Shown here piece by piece: positions 50,943-60,279 of a DNA stretch of 64,000 bases. Positions within the stretch are counted from its first letter, which is position 1. Each line of letters opens with the position of its first letter. Made by a program: the position numbers and the translations under genes. Under the pieces are notes generated by a model, which ran no database searches, had not been told where the DNA came from, and saw only the letters and a program-made list of their open reading frames with translations. The stretch comes from a virus, in the IMG/VR virus record IMGVR_UViG_3300034375_010798; one strand, written 5' to 3'.

Positions 50943-51226
50943 GGGCCAGAAATGGCATCGACTGGTGTTGGATTTATTAGACGCATGGCGGAGAAGATGC
51001 TTGGCTCCGTTATCAAAGTATCAAAACAATAACTGACGAAACTCAGGAATATCGTTTAGCCGCTTAGAGCTAAACCACTCAGTAACAAAATTTATTCTTT
51101 TGATAGTTACATAAGAGTGTCATTATAAAAGAAGCATTGTCGATTATGTGAGTAGTAACTAACCATGTATATCGGGTAATAATGAAGATAGACAGGACAT
51201 GGGTTCGACTCCCATCTGGTCCACCA
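50943..51226 (+). ncRNA. ssrA: tmRNA (SsrA), tag (A)DETQEYRLAA*
   Basis: Acceptor stem GGGCCAG/CTGGTCC with G3.U wobble, ACCA end, T-arm ATGGGTTCGACTCCCAT, 5' GGCATCGAC, resume context ATAACT then tag ORF 51035-51067 ending LAA-TAG. Confidence 0.93.
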
Positions 51227-51252
51227 ATATTTAAATATGGAGATTTATAATC

Positions 51253-51579
51253 ATGGCAAAAGCTAAGGCCAAAACAAAGGCAAAAGTAAAAACAGTAGCA
51301 AAGAAAACGTTAACAAAGAAAATTGAAGAGACAAAGGTTGATGAAGAAAATAAAACAGAAGTAGCTTCAGCATATGAAGCACCCACCCCTCAACCTCCTC
51401 CTCCTGTAGAGGTTAAAAAAACAAATCAAACAAAAACTTTCAAACATGCTGGTGTTGATATAGCCAGAAAAATGGCTGATGATTTTATTGCTGAAAGTGG
51501 TGTGGAGGTTGTTAGTAAGACTTCTTCTGTTAATAGAGAAGTTGGCAGATACGAGGTTGTTGTTACCTATTTAGCTTAA
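51253..51579 (+). CDS. Hypothetical protein with Lys/Ala-rich N-terminus
   Basis: GGAG RBS; MAKAKAKTKAKVK, PTPQPPPP linker. Confidence 0.7.
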   Translation: MAKAKAKTKAKVKTVAKKTLTKKIEETKVDEENKTEVASAYEAPTPQPPPPVEVKKTNQTKTFKHAGVDIARKMADDFIAESGVEVVSKTSSVNREVGRYEVVVTYLA

Positions 51580-51597
51580 TTTATTAAAATATAGTTT

Positions 51598-51627
51598 AAA
51601 AACCCATGTTTTTACATGGGTTTTTTT
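51598..51627 (+). terminator. Rho-independent terminator (likely bidirectional)
   Basis: AAAAACCCATGT-loop-ACATGGGTTTTTTT. Confidence 0.85.
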
Positions 51628-51663
51628 ATATTTATTATGTAATTTATTTTTGGAGTGTGTTTT

Positions 51664-51954
51664 ATGACATTATCAGAACTATTAAGAGATTTAATGTCTC
51701 AACTTGAAGAAAGAAAATGGGGTAAGGCTCAAGGTAGGGATTACTCTAAGGAGAAAGATTATAATAACTCTCCAGAAAGAATAAAATATCGTTCTGAACT
51801 AAATAAGTATAATCGCAAGAAGGGAACTTATGGTAATGGTGATGGTAAGGATGCATCCCATAAGAATGGTAAGATAGCTGGTTTTGAGAAATCTAGTAAG
51901 AATAAAGGTCGTAAAGAGAAAAGTAGATTAAAGGGATATAATAAAAGAAAATGA
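51664..51954 (+). CDS. Small basic protein, degenerate HNH-like, with leader MTLSELL...LEE
   Basis: RDYSKEK...GDGKDASHK...SSKNKGR pattern. Confidence 0.55.
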   Translation: MTLSELLRDLMSQLEERKWGKAQGRDYSKEKDYNNSPERIKYRSELNKYNRKKGTYGNGDGKDASHKNGKIAGFEKSSKNKGRKEKSRLKGYNKRK

Positions 51955-53105
51955 AACTATATCGCATAATAGAAGAAACTAAACATTCATCAAGGAGCAA
52001 TGCTTCTGTTCAAGCTCAAAAGGCTGGTTTGACAAATATTGGATTTGGTCGATGGGTAGATAAAGATAATAATTTAGTAGCATTTTCATCAGCTGATGGT
52101 AACACACTTATACCTAAAGATCAGTCTTATAACAATAAGAGTGCTAGTAAATCTCAACAGCAACCAAATTTTGATAAGGAAGATGGTTGGGGTATGGTTG
52201 ATCATAAATCTTCAAAAGTTAGAAAGGTTAGAGATTATACCGATAAAGAGTATGAAGAAGAAACTGGTGAATACTTTGAGAATGATTTTACTAAAAATTT
52301 AGCTCCTAATGCTTTCAAAGATAAGGATGATATGATTGAAAAGATGCGAGAAGCAAAACCTCAATTTTTATCATCAAAAGAATTAGAGAGTATTAATAAT
52401 TGTGATGCTGGAGAGATACTAAGCTCTACTGATGGATTGGTAGGTGATGAAGCTAAAAAAGCTATGATGAGTTTAGGTAAGGAAAAAGCTGAAGATTATG
52501 GTAAGGATTGGGATAGAATAGGTGATGCAATAGAGAAGAATGATCCTGTTCCTTCTCCGATGGTTTTAAGAGATAAGAATGGAGATATGTCTCTATTAGC
52601 TGGTAATACGAGATTGATGTCATATACAGCACACGGTAAGAATATGCCGGTGAAAATTATTGATTACGAAGGTTATTTTAATTGGCCACAAGAAAAGAAT
52701 GAAGGAAATAACATGAAACTAACAGATTTATTAAAAAAAGAAGCTAAGGGTGATAAAGACGAATACCAACAAAAGTTTAGAGATATGATGTCTAAACACG
52801 GTATTGATTCTATAGATGACTTAGAGGATGATGAAAAAGATGATTTCTTTAATGATGTTGATGATGCACACGTTAGCGATGAAGAAGAGTTAAAAAAAGA
52901 AGGTTATAAACCAAGAATAACTCGCAAAGAAATGGCTGAGGTGAAACTTTTTACAGAAAAGAATACACCTACAGATAAAAAGAAGTGGGCGGCTTCTGTA
53001 GCTGCAGCTAAGAGAAAGTTCAAAGTGTATCCTTCAGCATATGCAAACGCATGGGCAGCAAAACATTATAAGAAGAATGGCGGATCTTGGAGATCTAAGG
53101 GATGA
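51951..53105 (+). CDS. Multi-module putative head protein (ParB-like domain; DUF5872-like C-terminus); internal start at 52713
   Basis: MKLYRIIEE leader; PMVL...LLAGNTRL; second leader MKLTDLLKKE with AAGGA RBS; KFKVYPSAYANAWAAKHYKKNGGSW. Confidence 0.65.
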   Translation: MKLYRIIEETKHSSRSNASVQAQKAGLTNIGFGRWVDKDNNLVAFSSADGNTLIPKDQSYNNKSASKSQQQPNFDKEDGWGMVDHKSSKVRKVRDYTDKEYEEETGEYFENDFTKNLAPNAFKDKDDMIEKMREAKPQFLSSKELESINNCDAGEILSSTDGLVGDEAKKAMMSLGKEKAEDYGKDWDRIGDAIEKNDPVPSPMVLRDKNGDMSLLAGNTRLMSYTAHGKNMPVKIIDYEGYFNWPQEKNEGNNMKLTDLLKKEAKGDKDEYQQKFRDMMSKHGIDSIDDLEDDEKDDFFNDVDDAHVSDEEELKKEGYKPRITRKEMAEVKLFTEKNTPTDKKKWAASVAAAKRKFKVYPSAYANAWAAKHYKKNGGSWRSKG

Positions 53106-53413
53106 AACTAAGAGAAGTGTTGGATACACTTTATTTAAGTGAAAAAGTTTATAAGAATTCCGGACTAGGTAAATGGTTTGGAGAAAAATGGGTCGATGTT
53201 AGTCGTAAGAACAAAGACGGTAGTCACCCGCCTTGTGGAGCATCTGCCGGTAAGAAGTCTCGTAAGGGTGGTCAAAGAGCTTATCCTAAGTGCCGTAAGA
53301 AGTCTGTTGCTGCAAGTATGTCTAAGAAAGATAAGAAGAATGCTGTAGCAAGAAAAAGAAAACATTACGGTAGTAAGGGTAGACCTAAGAAAAAAGCTAT
53401 AATGCAAAAGTAG
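53102..53413 (+). CDS. Basic protein (DUF5872-related), MKL leader
   Basis: MKLREVLDTLYLSE; GLGKWFGEKWVD...PCG...YPKCR. Confidence 0.65.
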   Translation: MKLREVLDTLYLSEKVYKNSGLGKWFGEKWVDVSRKNKDGSHPPCGASAGKKSRKGGQRAYPKCRKKSVAASMSKKDKKNAVARKRKHYGSKGRPKKKAIMQK

Positions 53414-53502
53414 AATTATTATGTGTATACTTAGATGGATAAAGAAAATATTTAATAGAATAAAAAAGGTGGATGAGTTAGATACATCTTGGAGAGATTA
53501 GT

Positions 53503-53706
53503 ATGAAGTTAAAAAACTTACTTGAAGGTGATGATGAAGGATCTATGGCAAGAAGTGAGTTAAAAAGAACTGCCAAGATAGCATCAATGTTGTTAGATAA
53601 AATAGAAGATGGCGATGAGTTACCAGCATGGACACAATCTAAGATTACAAAAGCACTGGATTATGTGCAATCAGTTTTCAATTATATGGATGGAGATAAG
53701 AAATAA
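53503..53706 (+). CDS. Conserved T4-like phage small protein, MKL leader
   Basis: MKLKNLLE; EGSMARSEL...LPAWTQSKITKALDY. Confidence 0.7.
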   Translation: MKLKNLLEGDDEGSMARSELKRTAKIASMLLDKIEDGDELPAWTQSKITKALDYVQSVFNYMDGDKK

Positions 53707-54293
53707 TGAAATTATCTACAATAATAAAAAAAGAAAAAGTTATTACTGAAGCTATAAAGTTTCATAAAAAAGATTCTATTCCTCTTTCAGAAAGTGTTTT
53801 TAGAAATGGAAGTGAGAATTATTTCTCCTTATATAGAGAAGCTAGAAAACAATATAATGATGGCAAATTAGAAGGTCTTACTGCAGAAGATATGGAAATA
53901 TTGGAAACAGATATTGGTGAGTTTGCAGAATTTGAAGGCAATAAAGTTCCTCTTGATTGCCCAATAATGGTTGATGTATCTGAAGAAATTGACGAAGCAG
54001 AATACCAAGGCAAGAAGGTTCAGTTAGGTAAACCTAAAAGAGGTGGTAGTAAAAAGTTTTATGTTTATGTAAAGAACCCTAAAACTGGAAATGTAAAGAA
54101 AGTAAGTTTTGGTGCTAAGAGTGGTGGGGGATCTCTATCTGTAAAACTTAAAGATCCAAAAGCTAAGAAGGCTTTTGCTTCAAGACATAATTGCGAACAA
54201 GCTAAAGATAAGACAAAAGCTTCATATTGGGCATGTAGACTTCCTAGATATGCAAAGTCATTAGGTCTATCTGGTGGAGGTAAGTGGTGGTAG
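53706..54293 (+). CDS. DUF6321-like protein, MKL leader
   Basis: MKLSTIIKKE; EAEYQGKKV.L.KP.RGGSKKFYVYVKNPKTGNVKKVSFG...RHNC...YWAC. Confidence 0.7.
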   Translation: MKLSTIIKKEKVITEAIKFHKKDSIPLSESVFRNGSENYFSLYREARKQYNDGKLEGLTAEDMEILETDIGEFAEFEGNKVPLDCPIMVDVSEEIDEAEYQGKKVQLGKPKRGGSKKFYVYVKNPKTGNVKKVSFGAKSGGGSLSVKLKDPKAKKAFASRHNCEQAKDKTKASYWACRLPRYAKSLGLSGGGKWW

Positions 54294-54565
54294 ATAAACC
54301 ATATATAGAACAAAGAAAGTTAAAATATATTAAAAGAGAATTTTCAGCTGATGTTGATTCGGATGAGTTAGTATGGCACAGAGATAGAAAAGACAGAACA
54401 GTTTTAGTAAAACAATCTGACGATTGGTATATACAGATGGATAATAAAATGCCAGAAAAACTAACAGAAAATTCTGAATTTTATATTCCAAAAAATTTTT
54501 ATCATAGGTTAATTATAGGCAGTAATGCACAAAAAAATCTTATTATTTATATAATGGAGTCTTAA
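54284..54565 (+). CDS. Cupin-like small protein
   Basis: ELVWHRDRKDR...IPKNFYHRLI. Confidence 0.6.
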   Translation: MVVDKPYIEQRKLKYIKREFSADVDSDELVWHRDRKDRTVLVKQSDDWYIQMDNKMPEKLTENSEFYIPKNFYHRLIIGSNAQKNLIIYIMES

Positions 54566-54566
54566 T

Positions 54567-55223
54567 ATGTCAAACCATATGCATAAGATAGGAGAAAAAT
54601 ATTCAACAGATAAGATTTCTTTACATAAATATCATTTAATATATGATTTCTTTTTTCAAAGCTTATATAATCAATCTGGTTCTTTACTTGAGATAGGTAT
54701 TCAAAAAGGTGAATCATTAAGAATGTGGCATGAGCTTTTTAAAAATATGAATATATATGGTGTTGATATGGATAATTACTCAATAAGCGATATTCAAAAA
54801 CAAGGTGATAATCTAGATAGACTAACATTATTAAGTAATATAAAGCAAGGTGAAAATATTGATCACCTTGATAAAGTGGATATTCCAGAGTTACGTATAG
54901 TTATTGACGACGCATCTCATTACCCACCACATCAAATAGAAACCTTTAATAATTTATTTCCTAGATTAGAAAATGGTGGTTTATATATAATAGAAGATAT
55001 TGAAACTTCTTACTGGACTGCTGGTAGAAAACTTTATGGCAATTCAATGAATTATGGTGTTGGGTCAAACGGATCAACTGTTGAAATTTTTAAAGGTGTT
55101 GTTGAGGGTATTAATAATAAAAATAGTAAAATTTATAGAGAACAGTTTATACCTCAAGTAATACAGGAATATATTATGAGTGTTGTTTTTGCTCTAAATT
55201 GTATAATAGTAATAAAAAAATAA
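54567..55223 (+). CDS. Class I SAM-dependent (sugar O-)methyltransferase
   Basis: TDK...HKY..IYD, LLEIGIQKGESL, GVD, IVIDDASH, GGLYIIEDIETSYW. Confidence 0.85.
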   Translation: MSNHMHKIGEKYSTDKISLHKYHLIYDFFFQSLYNQSGSLLEIGIQKGESLRMWHELFKNMNIYGVDMDNYSISDIQKQGDNLDRLTLLSNIKQGENIDHLDKVDIPELRIVIDDASHYPPHQIETFNNLFPRLENGGLYIIEDIETSYWTAGRKLYGNSMNYGVGSNGSTVEIFKGVVEGINNKNSKIYREQFIPQVIQEYIMSVVFALNCIIVIKK

Positions 55224-55233
55224 GGAAGATAAA

Positions 55234-55503
55234 ATGAAATTAGGCGATTTGATTAATGAGGTTGATGAAAAAATTATTAAGAAGAGCACCATAATGATGT
55301 TAAAAAATCTTCTTGATAAACAGGATGAATCATCTTGCGGTTCAGACAAAGAAGAAGTTAATAGTAGTGATGTAGAAGAAGATTCTCCCCCCGGTGATAA
55401 TTATAAACGTATGGTAAAACATTTAAAAGATAGGTTTGGTAAAGATTCAGAAATACCTTATCAAATTGCTTGGTCAAAATATAACAAAAGAAATAAAAAA
55501 TAA
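55234..55503 (+). CDS. Small protein, MKL leader
   Basis: MKLGDLINE; PPG...MVKHLK...PYQIAWSKYN. Confidence 0.7.
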   Translation: MKLGDLINEVDEKIIKKSTIMMLKNLLDKQDESSCGSDKEEVNSSDVEEDSPPGDNYKRMVKHLKDRFGKDSEIPYQIAWSKYNKRNKK

Positions 55504-55560
55504 TATACAAAAAAATGTTTTTTTATTATATTTATTATGACTTTTAATAAGAGAGTAAAA

Positions 55561-56295
55561 ATGAACAATAATTTAAAAGAATTTAAAGAAGTTATTAAGG
55601 AAGAAATACTAGAACTTCTAAAAGAAGAAACCTCAAACGTAGAAGATATAGTGTTTTCTATTTTAGATGCTCAATCAAGTGGAAACACAAAAAAAGCAGA
55701 GAAATATTTTGGTATTCTTTTTCCAAGATTAGCAAGCCTTGGCTTTGATAGAAATACTCTTTTAAAAATGAAGTCTCAATTAACCTTAATCAACAACGAA
55801 AAAGAAGCAACAAAGTTTATTACCAGATGGAAGTTATCAGATCAAGATATAAATAAAAATAATGTTTATACATATAAGATGATTGTTTCTGTTCCTTTTG
55901 CAACAAATAAAAATGAAGAAGAATTAGTTAAGAAATTAAAATATGATTTAGTATCTAACGGTCATAAAATATTGGGATATAAAAAAATGCCCGTATCAAA
56001 GATAGCATCAGCAGGAGCGGCAGGTGAGGTTATAGATCTCAAGATTTTGGTTAAGATTAAAACAATGGCTAAGCCTAACGAAATAGAATCAGAACTACAA
56101 CCAGACTATGGTGTAGATAAAATAAAAGGATTTGATGTTGAACAATCGGTCAAAACTAAAGAGATCAAGTCGAGTGATAGATTTGATAAGAGAAGCTCCA
56201 AACTTAATGGTAAAGAGGACAAACAAGACGATAATAGAATCAATCCAACAAAAGGTTTTAGTAAGGATCATTTATCGAAAGCTAGAAACAAATAG
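55561..56295 (+). CDS. Hypothetical protein
   Basis: ORF with KEVIKEEILELLKEE leader; its 3' end overlaps the WYL ORF. Confidence 0.6.
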   Translation: MNNNLKEFKEVIKEEILELLKEETSNVEDIVFSILDAQSSGNTKKAEKYFGILFPRLASLGFDRNTLLKMKSQLTLINNEKEATKFITRWKLSDQDINKNNVYTYKMIVSVPFATNKNEEELVKKLKYDLVSNGHKILGYKKMPVSKIASAGAAGEVIDLKILVKIKTMAKPNEIESELQPDYGVDKIKGFDVEQSVKTKEIKSSDRFDKRSSKLNGKEDKQDDNRINPTKGFSKDHLSKARNK

Positions 56296-56464
56296 AGTTA
56301 TAACTCGTATAATAGAACCTTATGAGTTAAAAGAAGAAGATGGTAAGGTTTATTTATATGCATATGATACTACTGGTAGAACAAGAAGTATAAAGTCCTT
56401 TTTATTAGAAAACATATTATCTGCAAATAAACAAAGAAGAGAATTTACCCCTAGGATATTTTAA
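56135..56464 (+). CDS. Stand-alone WYL-domain protein
   Basis: IIESIQQKVLVRIIY...TRIIEPYEL....VYLYAYD....IKSFLLENI; TAATG-coupled to the terminase; start uncertain (56135 or 56207). Confidence 0.8.
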   Translation: MLNNRSKLKRSSRVIDLIREAPNLMVKRTNKTIIESIQQKVLVRIIYRKLETNRVITRIIEPYELKEEDGKVYLYAYDTTGRTRSIKSFLLENILSANKQRREFTPRIF

Positions 56465-58113
56465 TGGATAAACAACAAACAGCTGAATACATAGAGTGCA
56501 GAAAGAATCCTTCTTACTTTATGAAAAAATACGGCAGAATTAGGCATCCATTAAGGGGAATTATATCTTTTGAGTTATGGGATTTCCAAGAACACACACT
56601 TCAGCATTTTTTAGACAATTCATATAACATAGTTCTCAAGGGTAGGCAGTTGGGTATATCCACATTAGTAGCTGGATATGCTGCTTGGTTGTCAAACTTT
56701 TTTAAGAACAAAGAAATATATATTCTTGCTACAAAAAGAGATACTGCTCAAAATATGGTTGATAAAGTAAGAGTTTTTTTAGAGGGTATTCCGGAGTGGA
56801 TGAGAGCAGATTTTATTACTGATAATAAACAAAGTTTAGAATTAAATAATGGTTCTAAAATAAAAGCATCGGCTTCTACACCAGATGCGGCTCGTTCAGA
56901 GGCATTAAGTTTGCTCATTGTTGATGAGGCAGCTTTTATTAATAAGATGGATAGTATATGGATAGCAGCTCAACCTACACTAGCAACTGGTGGTGATTGT
57001 ATAGCATTATCTTCACCTAATGGAGTTGGTAACTGGTTTCACAAGATATATAATGAGGCGGAGGCTGGTATTACAGAAAAGATAGGTAATAAGATAGTAG
57101 GGTTCAATCCAATAAAATTACACTGGTCGGTTCATCCAGACCACGATGATGATTGGGCGAGAGAGACACGCAAGAAGATTGGGGATCAAGCTTTCGCTCA
57201 AGAGCATGATTGTGACTTTGTTCAATCTGGTAGTAATGTTATTTCACTTAAGGCTTTGGAGTGGTATCTAGAGCATCCAACAGAACAAGAGACACTTGAC
57301 GATGGTTATCGTCCATTCGTTAGGGAACCATTAGAAAGAACTTGGGTTGATAAGGGTTTGTGGGTTTGGAAATATCCGGATTATACCAAAAAATATATTA
57401 TATCTGCAGATGTTGCTCGCGGTGATGGAGAAGATTATTCAGCTTTTCATGTCATAGATATTGAAAATTATGAGCAAGTGGCTGAATATAAGGGTAAGGT
57501 AGCTACAGATGTTTATGCTCACCTAATACACAACACAGCTGTTCAATATAACAACGCTTTTATAGTAGTTGAAAATGCATCAATGGGTCATCATACAGTA
57601 ATGAAGATTGTAGAGATGGAATATAAGAACGTGTATTGGACAATAAAAGATTTAGCTAAATTACACGAAAGTAATGCAAGAGATCAATTATTTTATGACC
57701 CATACAATCCTCCTAAAAATGCAGTTCCCGGATTTACAATGTCTTCAAGAACAAGGCCAGCAGCGATAGCTCGACTGGAAGAGGATTTAAGGCAACATGA
57801 GTTTATTTTACACTCACAAAGAACTATGAAAGAATTAGAAACTTTTATCTTTCATAATGGTAAGCCCCAAGCTTTGGACGGATACAATGATGATTTAGTA
57901 ATGTCTTTAGCTATTGGTATGTATGTAAGAAACACAACTATAAAGTTTACTAATGCTGATAATGATATAACTCAACATTTAATGTCTAACCTTTCTTTTA
58001 ACCCTGTTCCTTATGAGTTCGGAATAAGTAGTAATTCTAATTCTGTTGGTAATGAATCTTATTCTATGAAAGTAAATAAAGAACAGGTTGAAGATTTAAG
58101 ATGGTTGTTATAA
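56464..58113 (+). CDS. terL: Terminase large subunit (T4 gp17-like)
   Basis: LKGRQLGIST, LIVDEAAF, LSSPNG, QEHDCDF, ADVARGDGEDYS, VENASMG, NDDLVMSLA. Confidence 0.96.
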   Translation: MDKQQTAEYIECRKNPSYFMKKYGRIRHPLRGIISFELWDFQEHTLQHFLDNSYNIVLKGRQLGISTLVAGYAAWLSNFFKNKEIYILATKRDTAQNMVDKVRVFLEGIPEWMRADFITDNKQSLELNNGSKIKASASTPDAARSEALSLLIVDEAAFINKMDSIWIAAQPTLATGGDCIALSSPNGVGNWFHKIYNEAEAGITEKIGNKIVGFNPIKLHWSVHPDHDDDWARETRKKIGDQAFAQEHDCDFVQSGSNVISLKALEWYLEHPTEQETLDDGYRPFVREPLERTWVDKGLWVWKYPDYTKKYIISADVARGDGEDYSAFHVIDIENYEQVAEYKGKVATDVYAHLIHNTAVQYNNAFIVVENASMGHHTVMKIVEMEYKNVYWTIKDLAKLHESNARDQLFYDPYNPPKNAVPGFTMSSRTRPAAIARLEEDLRQHEFILHSQRTMKELETFIFHNGKPQALDGYNDDLVMSLAIGMYVRNTTIKFTNADNDITQHLMSNLSFNPVPYEFGISSNSNSVGNESYSMKVNKEQVEDLRWLL

Positions 58114-58194
58114 AATAAATGTTTATATTTATTTTATAGCCTTCTTGATTTTTATTATATTATAAAGATTGGGATTACTATAAGGAATTATAAA

Positions 58195-58422
58195 ATGGCT
58201 AAATATTCTGAAGCTCAAAAAGGTGATTGGCACGAATATCAAAAATTAGTTTTAAGTGAGTTAGAGAGACATAACTCTTTATTGTTACAGATGGATAATA
58301 AGTTAGAAAAGGTTAATGTTGATATATCTTCTTTAAAAGTCAAATCTGGTATTTGGGGGTTAGCGGGAGCAGCTGTTCCTATTGGGATATTTATGGGGTT
58401 AAAGATTTTAAATATAAATTAG
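58195..58422 (+). CDS. Small coiled-coil protein with C-terminal TM helix
   Basis: AAGGA RBS; hydrophobic C-terminus. Confidence 0.65.
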   Translation: MAKYSEAQKGDWHEYQKLVLSELERHNSLLLQMDNKLEKVNVDISSLKVKSGIWGLAGAAVPIGIFMGLKILNIN

Positions 58423-58431
58423 AGGTAAAAA

Positions 58432-60219
58432 ATGGCAAGTAAATTTGATACACTTAAAAAGTTATTGAATGGTGGTTCTGCACAATATAAGGTTCCAACA
58501 GAGCGTCCATCAATGAGAACACAAAGAAATGTTTTCGATACTTTTCAAAAAGCAGCGTCTTCTATATATCAGCAAGGTTTGGCGGGTGGTATAGAAAGAT
58601 CAGAAAGGTATAGAGAGTATAATGAGATGGACCATTACCCAGAGATATCAAGAGCGTTGGATATTTATGCTGATGATTCTATGGTTTATGGTATTGATGG
58701 AAATATACTAAATATATTTTCAGAAGATCAGAAAATCAAGGAAGAGTTAGAAGAACTTTATTATGAGAGATTAGATATTGATTTTCACTTATGGACATGG
58801 ATTAGAAACATGGTTAAATATGGAGATCATTTTAATCTTTTAGATTTAGTTGAAGGTGAAGGTGTTTTAGGTTCTATAGCTTTACCAGTTGAGGAAATAG
58901 CAAGAGAAGAGGGTTATGACAATGATCCTAACTCTCTTAGGTTTAATTGGGTTGGTCAAGGAAACACTTCTTTTCAAAATTATCAAGTATCTCACTTAAG
59001 AATACTTGGTGATGATAAGTTTTTACCATATGGAAGAAGTATTTTGGATTCTGGTCGTAAGGTATACAAACAATTATTAATGGCAGAAGATGCTATGTTA
59101 ATATATCGTATCACCAGAGCGCCAGAAAGAAGGGTTTTTTATATTGATGTAGGTAATATACCACCAGCACAAGTTGACACATATTTGATGCAAGCCAGAG
59201 ATAAACTAAAAAGAACACCAATGGTTAATCAACAGACTGGTAATCAAGATATGAGATTCAACCCAGAATCAATATTAGAAGATTTCTTTATTCCTATTAG
59301 GGGTGAGAGAGGAAGTAGAATAGAGACATTACCCGGTGGTGAAAACGCCGCTGCTATTGAAGACATTCAGTATTTGCAGAATAAACTTTTTATATCACTT
59401 GGTGTTCCTAAATCATACTTAACAGCAGAAGAAGATTTAGCTGGTAAGGGAACATTGGCACAAGAAGATATAAAGTTTGCAAGAACAATTCAAAGAATAC
59501 AAAAGATAGTAGTCAGTGAGTTGGCAAAAGTTGGGTTGGTTCATTTGTTTTTAAGAGGGTATGATGAAAGTGATATATATAATTTTGATTTGAAGTTAGC
59601 TAATCCATCAACCGTCACAGAGATGATGAATCTTGACTTAATGGATAAGAGATTTAATGTAGCAAGTCAAATGTCAGAATCCCCACTTCTTTCTAAAGAG
59701 TATATACAAAAAGAAGTATTACAGTTATCTATGGATGATATCGTTGAAATAAAGAACGATAGAGTAAAAGAAGCTTCTAATGAATATACTATAGAACAAG
59801 TTAAGATGGGTGCACAAGAAGAACCAGCTGCTATGCAGCAACCAGTAGAAGAAAATCCAAACGATCAAGAAGGTGATAATGAGAGTGATGTTGAGGAAGA
59901 TAGTAAATTTAAATCATTTAAAAATGTTACTCCATATGACCCACTGGGAACTGATGAGTTGGAGGGATATCCTAAGTTTGATTCTTTTGAGAGAAATTTT
60001 GAGAGTAGTATAGATCAAATAACAAGTGATATAGAGAAAAAAGACATTATCAAGAAGAAAAAAGGAAGAAAATCTAGAACAGATTCTTTTAATAAAACCA
60101 TTACAGAAATAATGCGTTTTGACCAAGAATCGAATAAAATTATGGATAATATTAGAAAAGATATGAAAAATAATAAACTTTCTAATACAGGAAAGGTATA
60201 TTTTGTATCAAAAGATTGA
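58432..60219 (+). CDS. Portal protein (T4 gp20-like)
   Basis: YNEMDHYPEISRALDIYADD, EDAMLIYRITRAPERRVFYIDVGNIP, EDFFIP, IETLPGG, EDIKFAR. Confidence 0.96.
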   Translation: MASKFDTLKKLLNGGSAQYKVPTERPSMRTQRNVFDTFQKAASSIYQQGLAGGIERSERYREYNEMDHYPEISRALDIYADDSMVYGIDGNILNIFSEDQKIKEELEELYYERLDIDFHLWTWIRNMVKYGDHFNLLDLVEGEGVLGSIALPVEEIAREEGYDNDPNSLRFNWVGQGNTSFQNYQVSHLRILGDDKFLPYGRSILDSGRKVYKQLLMAEDAMLIYRITRAPERRVFYIDVGNIPPAQVDTYLMQARDKLKRTPMVNQQTGNQDMRFNPESILEDFFIPIRGERGSRIETLPGGENAAAIEDIQYLQNKLFISLGVPKSYLTAEEDLAGKGTLAQEDIKFARTIQRIQKIVVSELAKVGLVHLFLRGYDESDIYNFDLKLANPSTVTEMMNLDLMDKRFNVASQMSESPLLSKEYIQKEVLQLSMDDIVEIKNDRVKEASNEYTIEQVKMGAQEEPAAMQQPVEENPNDQEGDNESDVEEDSKFKSFKNVTPYDPLGTDELEGYPKFDSFERNFESSIDQITSDIEKKDIIKKKKGRKSRTDSFNKTITEIMRFDQESNKIMDNIRKDMKNNKLSNTGKVYFVSKD

Positions 60220-60279
60220 TTTTCTCTTATTTTAGCTATATTTATACTAGACTAATAATATAATTTTGGGGTTAAATTT

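Noticed and set aside
51195-51226. Stand-alone tRNA (T-arm + CCA)
   Set aside because: No anticodon arm; the acceptor partner is 280 nt upstream with a tag ORF in between, so it is the tmRNA 3' end
53420-53500. 26-codon ORF MCILRWIKKIF...
   Set aside because: Too short, no clear RBS; cannot be supported
22201-58113. Inteins or self-splicing introns in recA, helicase, nrdJ, dnaE, terL
   Set aside because: Protein lengths are normal, motifs are contiguous, and no intein or LAGLIDADG signatures were seen
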